Source: Bigelowiella natans CCMP2755
Taxonomy: Eukaryota; Protista; Cercozoa
Direction of reading: 5' to 3'
Assembly: GCA_000320545.1 (NCBI GenBank)
Contig: ADNK01003392.1
Span: 1-51,041 of the forward strand
Length of the DNA: 51,041 nucleotides
Shown piece after piece: positions 16,644 through 26,772 of the stretch (the first letter of the stretch is position 1; each line of letters opens with the position of its first letter). The position numbers and the translations under genes were made by a program. Below the pieces are notes generated by a model that was given only the letters and a program-made list of their open reading frames with translations, was not told the origin of the DNA and did not search any database.

Positions 16644-17149
16644 AGGGGAAAGCAGGTGGGGGTGGGGATTCGATCTAGAGATTAGACATTGCGAGGACTG
16701 TGCGCAGGGTGAAGCAATGCACGAATTGGAATTTTCTTTCCCCTCCGTCACACCACACTTTTTGGTCCCAGGGGGCACCACTCGAAGTTTTTGGTTCGCA
16801 TATTTTCCTAAAATGGCAACCGAAAAACAGCCGAATTTGACATTTTTGGAAAACAAAGCGAACTGGATTTGTTCCTTCTCAGTCCCCAAAGCCCTCTCGG
16901 CCTACCGTAAGTTTAACTCTTATTTGTCACCCCTGGTTACACTCAATTCGTGTTTTTGCCGAAAAAGTTACATGTCACCCCAGTGTTTTTGCCGAAAAAG
17001 TTACTCCCAGTGTCTTGCTACACTTTGGAAATGTAGTTTTTCATCATTGTTTCATTGTTTTCCCATCACACTGAGGTGTGACAGACAAAGCAATGCACTG
17101 TTGTGTGCACGATGTGTGCATTGCATTGCTGTGTCTGTGATGTGCTCCG

Positions 17150-17659
17150 TCACAGGCACCTGACCTGGCTTCGGAGGCGGTTTCCCAATCAGAAGGTGGG
17201 TCTGATTTGGGACATGGCTCCCGGCCACACAGACCGCCGCGTGATGGAGCACATCAGCAAAGCCAGGTTGCAGGGGTGGCTGAAAGTGGGGCTCATCCCT
17301 GGAGGATCAACCTCCATCACGCAACCCTGCGACCTCGTTGCCAATGCACCATTGAAAAAAAAAATGAAGTGTTGGCACTCCAGGTGGAAAAATCAGAAGT
17401 TGGTCGATCTTCAGTCATCCAAAGGCCACGTCAACTCAAGTTGCCCAGAACAGAATTGGTTCGTGGATCAGAGGAAGCAATTCGTGATTTCAACAAGACA
17501 CAGATGGGCAAACCCACCGTTCGTGACTGCTTCAACAAGTGCGGTCTGAATCCATTCAACTGCGACGAAGAGCTGCACGACAACCACACGAAAAGCTTCA
17601 TGCAAAATCGCATCCACCGCAGCCTTCTTGAGAATCAAATGGCAGTCGATTTGAAGTGA
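17150..17659 (+). pseudogene. pogo-type DDE_1 transposase C-terminal fragment, frameshifted
   Basis: LIWDMAPGH...LIPGGSTSITQPCDLVANAPLK carries the second and third catalytic Asp motifs. After a frameshift near 17435 it continues ...VRDCFNKCGLNPF. The N-terminal part is missing. Confidence 0.88.
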
Positions 17660-19856
17660 TGCATCAGACGTGCCAACGTCGTGCTGACGTCTGATGTCAA
17701 ATCAGACGTGCTGACGTCGTGCCAAAAGAAGAGCATCATCCATGCAATTCTGTGCACGTTGTGCACACGTGCACATGCATGCGTGTTCAACAATGAATGT
17801 GGATGCAAACACATGAATGTGCGTGCATGTGTGTGCATGCACATGCATGCACACATGTGAAGAGAGAGAGAGGGAGAGATCACACGGAACGATGGGACGG
17901 GGCACATTGCATGCCCGAGCGTTGTGACGTCGAAGTTGCGGAAGGAGATCATGGGAGTCTAGATGATGATCACAGTCTAGCAGTGCATGATGTGCGATGT
18001 GATGGTCGGGCTAGCGGGGCACATTGCACCACCACCATTCGTGGAAGAAGTTTCGCATGAAAATGGGCGGGTAGCCCCGTCCCAAACACCAGAGAAGGAG
18101 GTTGTTGACTTTGGACAACACTGTTCAAGGCAGATGCATGATGTTTTGTTTTTGAATGTTGTGTTCCACACTTCCTGTGGACAAATTGCGTCAAAATCTT
18201 CATTGCATGATGAATTGTTGATGTCCTCGCAAAGGAATTCATTCTCATTTTGATTTGAATGTGCAAATGAATCATCAATGTGCGTTGTGCGCGTGCGCAA
18301 CTGCAACTGCTGGCGGCTGCAACTGCTGGCGGCTGCAGGTGAGCGTGTGTGCATCGATCAGCGCGCGCATGCTGGCATGCACAGCTTGTTGGAGTGCTTT
18401 GCACTCAGCGCGCGAAGTGCTTGCTTGAGCAGCCAGCTGCAACGGCAGAGAAATCTGCGGGCGTTTGCAGGCTGCGACAAGCACGTAGCGAGAGGCTGCA
18501 AGTGCAGGCGAGTTCTGTGTTTGCGACATGCAAGTCGCGGCACATCGCTGCATGCACCTCCTTTGTGCCAACAAAGGAAGCAAGCCTGTTGACCTAGTTG
18601 ACTAATGGCACCATGCATCGCTACGTGATGCATGTGGTTTGGGTGCTTTCGCCTAGCTAGCATGATGATGTGTGACCTGCATTGCATGCATGTGCAAAAA
18701 GGTCAGCTACATCATCACAGAATCCGAACAGACCACCGTCTGTCTCTCCCCCTCTGCATCACACTTTGCCACTTGTGCCTGCCGCCACTGTGCTACCCGC
18801 GCCCATTGTTCTGACACAGCTCCGCGCTGCGTGGCGCACTTTCCAACCGCGCGCATTTGTTTGCACATTGCGCACCATGCGCTGATTTGAATCATTGTCA
18901 TTGCATGCAAGCTAGCAAGCACAGCACATGCCATGCACAATGCGATGGCATGTCAGTGCTCATGTTTGTCAACAACATGCATGCTTGCGCTGCCAGTCCA
19001 CGAAAAGTGCATGCGTGCGTGGATCTGTCACATGCCATGATTTTGGCCATGTTTAGCGATGTGACAATTGCTGGTGCACATTGCACATGGCCTCGCTGCG
19101 TCGGCGACGGATCCGCACTTTCAGCAGTTCTTGACTTTTCCGCTTCCCTGCCCGTGTGTGCACACATTCGTGTGCACGTGTGTGCAACGCACTCAACATC
19201 TGACTGCGAACACACACACACACACACGCGCGCATCCGCCTCCGCCTTGCCACGCACATTCTTTGCTTTCAGAGCCTCTGCTAACTCCAATTTTGCTTTC
19301 ATGGCCTCTGCTAACTCCAATCTTGGGCTCTTGTTCTCCTCCACAAGGCGTTCCACGAAGGCACACATGCCCCTAGCCGGTTCCCCCAACTCATCCACAT
19401 CCAAAAGCGGAAGCGGTTGTGCATGCCCCAATGACCTCTCTGATGATGCAGTTTTCTCAGTCATCAGTCACGAAGTGAATTTTGCACGTTTGTGGGGCAA
19501 AATGTGAACAACATGTGCATGTGTGTGCTCGTGTGTGTGTGTGTGTGTGTGTGTGTTTGTGAGTGTTTGATGTGTGCATGTTTTTTCAGGTGTGTTGGAT
19601 GACGCTGTGCACACATTTCATTCGGCAGACTTGTTTGCCGGTGTGCGGATGCGTGGATGCGGTGCGTCGGTGTCATGGTGTGGGGGTGAGAGGGTTGTGT
19701 GGGTGCGAGAGAGACTGGTCATCTTCCACTTTGAGGGAAAATCATGTGAAAGCTTAGAAAATAACGGGAAAACAACTACCGGTATTGTGATGACATTCTC
19801 CGACTCCCTGTGATACCCAGGCATTTTTGGTGCATGAATCCCATTCAAAGAAAAGA

Positions 19857-20240
19857 TCTGGACAGTTTTTCTTTGATGTTTTTGGGTGTGAGATTCCCCA
19901 TTCCATGAAAAAGAAACGTGAAAAGTGTGCACATTTTCGCAAGGGGCAGATACGCCGTAGGGACATCGTAGGGACAGGAAATATCGTAGCGAGCTCTGGA
20001 CAGTTTTTCTTTGATGTTTTTCGGTGTAAGATTCCCCATTCCACGAAAAAGAAGTACCTTGTGAAAAGTCCCCATTCCATGAAAAAGAAACGTGAAAAGT
20101 GTGCACATTTTCGTAAGAGACAGATACGTCGTAGGGACATCGTAGGGACAGGAAACATAGTAGCGAGCTCTGGACAGTTTTTCTTTGATGTTTTTCGGTG
20201 TGAGATTCCCCATTCCACGAAAAAGAAACCATGTGAAAAG
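19857..20240. repeat. Subterminal tandem repeat, about 2.5 copies of a 138-174 bp unit
   Basis: Units start TCTGGACAGTTTTTCTTTGATGTTTTT at 19857, 19995 and 20169. Confidence 0.9.
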
Positions 20241-20575
20241 TTACATGTCACCCTGTTCTAAATCGATCTGTCAAAGTTACATGTCACCTGTTCTAAATCG
20301 ATTTGTCAGTTTAACGTAAAAGTTACATGTCACGTCACACCCACCCGTTTTTGGGTGACAAATAAGAGTTAAACTTACGGTAGATCGCCTGCTCGAGCAA
20401 TACAGGAGTTACAAGGGATTCCACTCGAGAAGGACTGGACCATTCCAGAAAATCCAGCCTTGACCACAACTCAGCACCCCCTCCCCTGAGTGAAGAATCT
20501 AAGAATCTACCCGAAAACCCTCACAACACATTCCAAACAACCCAACGAACCCACAAGCCCCTCCTACAAACAAGC

Positions 20576-22351
20576 ATGAGTTTCGATTGGATTTTCGGAA
20601 AAATGTTTTCAAGTGAGGACCAAAATCCCCAACCAAAGGAAGACACACAGCAGGAGTCCAAGATCCCCAAAAAAGAGGAGTCTACCGAGATCCAGCACCC
20701 CAATCATAGCAGAGATTCTAAATCTCCTGCTCCAGCTGGTTTGCCCACCCATTGCATCAAAATGAGAGGGCATATTTCCCAGATCTCAAAGCCTCCTAAG
20801 GATTTTGGCTTCATCATTTCCAAAACACAGATAGGTTTTGATCCCAAATCTGTCGATGTGCGCCCAGCTACATGTAAGCTCACAGCTAACATGCCGGTGT
20901 ACTTCGACTTCAAGATTGATTCGCAAGGTAAACTGTGCACCGAGCACATCGTTGTGTTGAAGCAAGAACTTCTCCAAGAGAGGTCATACTCCGAGGGGGT
21001 GGTAAAATTTGTCAACTCTAGTCGTGGTATGATCATGGCAGATGTCACCATCTACTACAAGTTGAGGATGATTCCTAATGCGAAGATTAACGATGAAGTA
21101 GAAGTACAAGCTAAGGTCGTTGCACAGGGAAGATTGTCAGCTGTATCAGTCAGAACCCCTCCTCGTACAAAAAAGACTCCCGGAATAATAAGGAGGATGC
21201 AGAATGGCAATGTCCTTATTCGTCTTTTAAAAAGCGAAGATGACCGACTCCAGAGCTGCTCAAGGGATAAGTGCAAGTACCAAAACCCAGCCAATGGAGA
21301 TGTTGTTATGGTGGTGCATCTCTTCTCACAGGAGTCCAGCAGAATCATAAAGGTACAAAAGATTCCAACCAAAATTGGAAGAATCATAAGCGTTGGACGT
21401 AAATTTGGTTATATAGCAGTCAAGACAGAGGCTAGGGACGTTTACTTCGACAGAGGTTGTTGTAAAATACCGAAGCCAGCTAAAGGCGATGACGTGAGAG
21501 TCTCCTTCATTACTTCAAAAGGAAAATTGACAGCTGTATTAGTCCGTAGATCACGATCACGCACACCCTCTCCCAGACCCAATCCCAAACCTAAGAACCG
21601 TCTCGAAACTGTCGGGAGAATAGAGGAGGTGCAGAATAACAATGTCACTATTCATCTTTATAAAAAAGACGAAGGTGTCTCAAAAAAGGAGCTTGCACAC
21701 TGCTTAAAGCGTGTGTGCAAATACAATAACCCAAAAGTCGGAGACTTTGTTCAGGTGTTGTACCAAAAAGAAAAACCCGATGAACAAAAAGGGTACAAAA
21801 TCGAAATAGTACGAGAGATTCTGACCAAAAATGGAAAAGTCGCTGAACCTGGTCTCATCATCGTCAAGGGTGTCAATAACCTACAGCATGACGTTCACTT
21901 TAAGAGTCGAAACGCGGAGCCAGAGCCAGCTAAAGGCGATACTGTGCAAGTCTCCTACACGTGGAACGGCAGAAGTTTCAATGCTCTTCACGTCTGCCAG
22001 CCTAAAGACGAAGGCGAAGAAAAACATCCTAACCCTAACCCTAACCCTGACCCTAAACCTAACGTCGAGTTTGAGGACTTTGTGAAAATCTTCAGACCAC
22101 ATGTGAAAGTCCAGATTCAGGTCGAAAACCCAACGGTGTCATCGAATGCTGTATTAGATGCGCTCATCAACACGCAAATTGAACAGTTGTGGAAGCACTA
22201 CCAAGCCGGCGACTATGGAATGTTTGCCAAGTCCATAGGCCCAGCGCTAAAAATCAAGATTGAGGCAGAAAACCCAGAGGCATCGAGCGGTGACCGTGAC
22301 AAACTTAAGATAAATATGGTTGGAAAGCTGTGGAGGCTCTTGAGGGGATAA
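20576..22351 (+). CDS. Intronless protein with multiple cold-shock/OB-fold-like repeats and two C-terminal HMG-box-like repeats
   Basis: 591-aa ORF. CSD RNP1/RNP2-like motifs (GHISQISKPPKDFGFII; GRIISVGRKFGYIAVKTEARDVYFD) and repeated P..GD.V.V motifs. C-terminal F..F......K..I..ENP...W repeats. Confidence 0.75.
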   Translation: MSFDWIFGKMFSSEDQNPQPKEDTQQESKIPKKEESTEIQHPNHSRDSKSPAPAGLPTHCIKMRGHISQISKPPKDFGFIISKTQIGFDPKSVDVRPATCKLTANMPVYFDFKIDSQGKLCTEHIVVLKQELLQERSYSEGVVKFVNSSRGMIMADVTIYYKLRMIPNAKINDEVEVQAKVVAQGRLSAVSVRTPPRTKKTPGIIRRMQNGNVLIRLLKSEDDRLQSCSRDKCKYQNPANGDVVMVVHLFSQESSRIIKVQKIPTKIGRIISVGRKFGYIAVKTEARDVYFDRGCCKIPKPAKGDDVRVSFITSKGKLTAVLVRRSRSRTPSPRPNPKPKNRLETVGRIEEVQNNNVTIHLYKKDEGVSKKELAHCLKRVCKYNNPKVGDFVQVLYQKEKPDEQKGYKIEIVREILTKNGKVAEPGLIIVKGVNNLQHDVHFKSRNAEPEPAKGDTVQVSYTWNGRSFNALHVCQPKDEGEEKHPNPNPNPDPKPNVEFEDFVKIFRPHVKVQIQVENPTVSSNAVLDALINTQIEQLWKHYQAGDYGMFAKSIGPALKIKIEAENPEASSGDRDKLKINMVGKLWRLLRG

Positions 22352-22805
22352 TTAAGCACATGAACAGAGCGAAAACTTTAAAAATGAAACAAATCATCTT
22401 CAACTGCAAACACAAACATTCAATTTGCTGGAATTAAAAATTCAAAGATGTGTCATTTTATCATTGGCGTTCACATCTCATTCAACAAATTATTATATGT
22501 TCATTACACCCGTCTCATCTCATTCAACAACAAAGCCAATCCTCACATTTTCCATGTGGTCATCATTTGAATCATGTACAATGCAGCCATGCATGATGGG
22601 TTTTGCTAGCTTGACTAGTTGACTGCTCATGCATCACAGACAACGTTATGTAATGTCCATTGCATTACCCACACATGTTTTACCCACACATGCACCAAAG
22701 TGTCGTGTGTGTTGTGCAACACATGTGAGCTTAACCACATGCACACACACCAAAGCAAGCATGTTGTGAAGCACATGTGTTCACAACCACGCACAGCTAG
22801 TTGAG

Positions 22806-23258
22806 CCCTTGAGTGCGTGGCTAATTTTTTTATGCGAAAGCTTTGCAAGCTGAGCAGTCATTTTGCTCAAATTTGCAATAGAGATGTACATAATGTTGTG
22901 TACAGTGCATATTGTTACATTACACACATGTACCACATGTATTACACACATACCATATCATTGTGTCTATTGTTTTTTTCACGAAAAATCTCAAAACTTG
23001 ATCGCATGCTGCTACTAGCGTGGCCAATGCACATGATTTTGTTTTGGCACCTGAAAGTTCGAAAATTCGGCATCGTCGCAAAATTTCACATCAAGAGCTG
23101 GATTGCTCTAGTGCTGAGTCCACACCTCAGTCAAAACATCAATTTCGATTTTTGAAAATTTTCATGAAAAAATTGAGCGAAATGAGCGAGTGAGTGCTAG
23201 CTAGAGAGTGCAGCTTTCGCATGGAAATTAGAAAAATGTGAGCTACGCACTCAAAGGG
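22806..23258. mobile_element. MITE-like element with imperfect terminal inverted repeats (CCC...GGG ends)
   Basis: Left CCCTTGAGTGCGTGGCT...ATGCGAAAGCT versus right AGCTTTCGCAT...AGCTACGCACTCAAAGGG. No clear target duplication. Confidence 0.5.
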
Positions 23259-24200
23259 ACCAGTTTCTGAGCGTGCTCGTCGCGCTAGCGCGACGGTTCG
23301 AATGAACGAATTTTTCCCGAAAAGTGTTAAAAACAAAAATAGTCATTTTTTCACGATGCAAGTCATGTCAATTTTCCGGCAAATCGACGTACGTGTGATC
23401 TGAAATGCTCACGAATGAGTTCAAGCTAAAATTTTTAATTCTTCCATGTCACATGTACTCTTGTAGCATCGCTGTAGCTCTAGAGCTAGTGCATCGCAAC
23501 CTAGCTGTATAGCTGCTAGCATCACACCAGCGATGACAAATTCTTTTTCACTCACTTCAACGATTTCATGTGCACAGTCTAGCAGTTCACAAGCTAGCAA
23601 GTAGTTGTGTTTTTTTGCATTTTTCAAATTGCAGTGTGCAATCTAGCGCATCTCCTGTCCGCACAGCAGCAAGTACAAGTGCCGTTGATGCATAATTGCA
23701 CAGTTGCATGTGAGCTAGTGAATCATAAACCATGATCATTCGTTTCTCCATGCACGGCGCGCAGTACGTACGCGATGCGATGTAAAGAAAGAAAAGCATA
23801 GAACATGCACAGGCATACGACTATTCGTATCACGATCATGTCAATTTCTCTTTTGTTTTCCTCTTCATATTAAACAAAGACACAGGCATAAACTATTTGA
23901 GACATCTCATTGTCTTCACACCGAGAAGAGGTATGCGCAGAGAGGATCTCAAGTGTCGCTTCTGTTTGGGATTGCTTCAAGGAAGCTATCTAACTGGTTA
24001 TCTATTTACAAGCAGGTACCGATAAAAAGGTGGTCCTACAAGCTTGAGAAAGAAAATGAGATATTTATTTTATAAATTTTTGCGGCGGTTTAAGACTTCC
24101 GCCGAGGACCCGATATGCAGTAAATGGCAGGCTCATTACACCTCGTCTTTCTCTTCATCACACTATTTGGTCTATTTATTGCAATTCTTCCCTCTTACAA

Positions 24201-25358
24201 TCATGCCTGCTCAGGTTCGATAAGGCCAACTCCGCCCTCTGCTCGACGGTAGACTACGTTGATTTCCTTGGTCTCCGAGTTTCGGAAAACATAGAAATCA
24301 TGGTCCAAGTAGTCGAGACACAGCGTCGCGTCCTCAATGGAGATGGGCGGCATAGGAAATTTCTTTCTTCTAACAACTGATACGTCCTCCACGGGCGCAT
24401 AGCCCTCCGGAATCCCGCTGTACCTGGTGTATGTGCGAAAACAGCGACGGTGAGTTTCGCGTAGCTGGAGCTGCAAGTGCCAGACCGCATCATTACTAAC
24501 ATATTTGTGAAAAAGACGAGAATGCTCTGGAAAAATGTGCCCGCAACATTCTGCGTTTTCTCGAGCAATCCGCGTTACAAAGGTAGTCATCGATGCTTCC
24601 AAAAGAACGACCATCATCACTGCAAAAGCGAAAACCACATGATGGTCAATGAACATCTGAGTCACTTACTCTTCCTGCTGCACGTCGTCCTGCCCTTGCA
24701 CAGCTGCGCCCTCCACGTCGCTGCTGTCTGAGATATCGTTCGTATAGAAAGTCCTCACGCCTGAAGCAGTCCGCTTTCCTTCTTTGCGCTCCTTATACTT
24801 CCTCAGCTTTCTGTTAACAAGATCTGTGACGAGGTCGATGGAGGAGTACTCCGAGACGGAGCTGACGCTTCCTCGAATCACCTTCGAGTCTTTCACATAG
24901 ACGGTCACTTCGATCTTGTGCGCGTTCTCCTTGACGGCGGGGTTTTTGTTGATGGTGAAGTGGATCTCAGTGCTCTTGACGAAATCTGGTGGGGACGGAC
25001 GACGAGCAGAGCAAGGGTTAGAGAGGAAGCAATATAGCTTACTCCTGCCATCTAGGACTGACAATTCAGCCGGTCAAAAAGGGGGGGCGGGGTTAAATGT
25101 GGTTGGGAGTGAAGAGGAGAAGTCTGTTCGTAATAAAGAACACATAGAGACCTTTGTACTTCTTTAGCATCTGGCCGAGCTTATCGTTGGTGTAGGCCGC
25201 AATGGACTCGGTTAGTTCAATGTTGTTACCGGTCATGACCATCGATGGGTTGCTCGAGGCCCCAGCACCAAGGTTGCGCCCGCTGCACCGCTGCAGCTTG
25301 AAGTTGACCTGTGTGCAGAGGAAGAAGATAGAACGGCGATAATCGTTATGATGTCTAG

Positions 25359-25396
<38 letters not shown>

Positions 25397-25513
25397 GATG
25401 TATAGAGCATGTGATTGAACTGCCGCTTGGAAAGTATTTACTGCGAGGATGAAGATATAACTAGGAGCTAGCAATTTTACTAAATGCAGCACTGACGCGT
25501 ACCCCTCACCACA

Positions 25514-25544
<31 letters not shown>

Positions 25545-26202
25545 GGGGGGGGGGGGGGGAGGAGCAAAAGAGGGGGAGAGAGAAAGAGCAAGGTAAAACG
25601 AGGAGATAAAGAAAACCGAAAGTCCGAGAAAGCATTATAGTGAATGGATTTTCTCGCACCGGTACTGCGCCTGCGCCACGGAGAACTGGCTGCTCATTAG
25701 CATTCAGAAAGGTGGTTTTGCATGGTCCTCTCAACCAAGCTGGAGGACACTGAACGAACGCTTGGAGATTCGCAGGGACGCTGGCTATGCGTGCGTGCGA
25801 AAGGCCCGCCGATCGAGAAGATGAAGTCGCAGTATTCATCGCAAATTGAGTTCCTAGCGATGCACTTTTTGGCCTGTGTGAAGGAGGAGAGAGGATCGAG
25901 TCGCGGAAAGATAACGACATGGGGAAAACGGCCAAAGGTTACGGCAAGAAGATACTTAAAGGGGTTACTTTAAACTCGCGAGATGATAACAGAGCTCCTC
26001 CACATTGGATAAACCTCACGCTCGGATGCCGTATTTCGCAATGTTACATGATTTCGCGATGGCGTTCGAATGTCCGCTTAGGATTGCGTGCTACTCACCC
26101 GGTGAGAGACATTTCACGGACCACAACCATAGAGGCCAGAAGAATTAAACCCACAAGACCCAGTGTGGAAAATTTTGTCGAAGATGCAGCGTGATTTCTC
26201 AT
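24201..26202 (-). CDS. PSRP1: Plastid ribosome hibernation factor PSRP1 (long HPF/LrtA/S30EA family) with bipartite targeting presequence
   Basis: Exons 26099-26202 (MRNHAASSTKFSTLGLVGLILLASMVVV, signal peptide), about 25660-25873 (Ser/Ala/Arg-rich transit peptide), 25152-25308, 24670-24985 and 24201-24423. S30AE motifs MTGNNIELT...YSSIDLVTDLVNRKLRKYKER and VRRKKFPMPPISIEDA...LDHDFYVFRNSETKEINVVYRR..GGVGLIEP. Confidence 0.92.
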
Positions 26203-26772
26203 TGTATAACCAGCGCTGAGGAGGTGGGGTGGGGTAGGTGTTATTCCTTAAGGGCGATGGAATTTGCGGGAATTCGGAAGAAATAAAAAATAGGTATTTT
26301 TGGACTACGACAAATCATAAATCATATTCATATCCGAAAACGCCATTCATTTATGATATCCATCGGAAGGAGTTGTGACCAGGAATCCCCGTGATCAGAA
26401 ACTCCGTTCGTTTTATGCAAAAAAGAACTATTTTGTTCAGACGTTATCCATAAATGAAGGCGTTTGCATGTCGCAAACAATTTCGCTAGGGAACCCACCC
26501 TCGTGCGAATTTCTCTCTTCTCCTTTTTGGAGCCGATTAAATAAATAAACAAACAAAGCGCAGGCAAAATGGGGGAAAATGCAATGCGGTTGATCTAGAT
26601 CTACGTCAGAAAAATCGAGAAATTTCTTCTAAAAATAAATATGCCGAAAAATTGAATTTTGGTGAAGCAACTGTGCCCAATGGCGTCGGAACATCACGTA
26701 GGCTGTCGAAGTTTAATATCATCCTGAAGTTTATCGAATGGGCGTTTTGAATGCATACATGCTTGGCGTTAG

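Larger units (their letters stand above)
16905..20380 (+). mobile_element. pogo/Tc2-like DNA transposon (Tc1-mariner superfamily), non-autonomous/decayed
   Basis: Perfect 28-bp TIRs CCGTAAGTTTAACTCTTATTTGTCACCC (16905-16932) and its reverse complement (20353-20380), flanked by TA on both sides. Internal DDE_1 transposase fragment. Subterminal AAAGTTACATGTCAC repeats near both ends. Confidence 0.92.

Noticed and set aside
16644-16889. N-terminal extension of the RBR ORF to 16889
   Set aside because: Starts at a non-ATG codon and looks like promoter/UTR sequence; the ATG at 16643 is preferred.
17036-19754. Classical RIP or CpG-methylation decay as cause of the TG/CA excess
   Set aside because: Both would preserve or raise TA and deplete CA or CG; here TA is missing while CA and CG are plentiful.
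17635-19813. Many overlapping Cys/His-rich ORFs on both strands suggesting metal-binding proteins
   Set aside because: Best explained by loss of TAA/TAG stops and Tyr codons through TA depletion; not genes.
19857-20340. Regularly spaced repeats resembling a CRISPR array
   Set aside because: Units are long tandem duplications without unique spacers, they lie inside transposon TIRs, the context is eukaryotic, and there are no cas genes.
13950-23800. One giant element or viral insert carrying both intronless genes
   Set aside because: No shared outer termini, target duplication or viral hallmark genes found, and the genes are not TA-depleted like the repeats.
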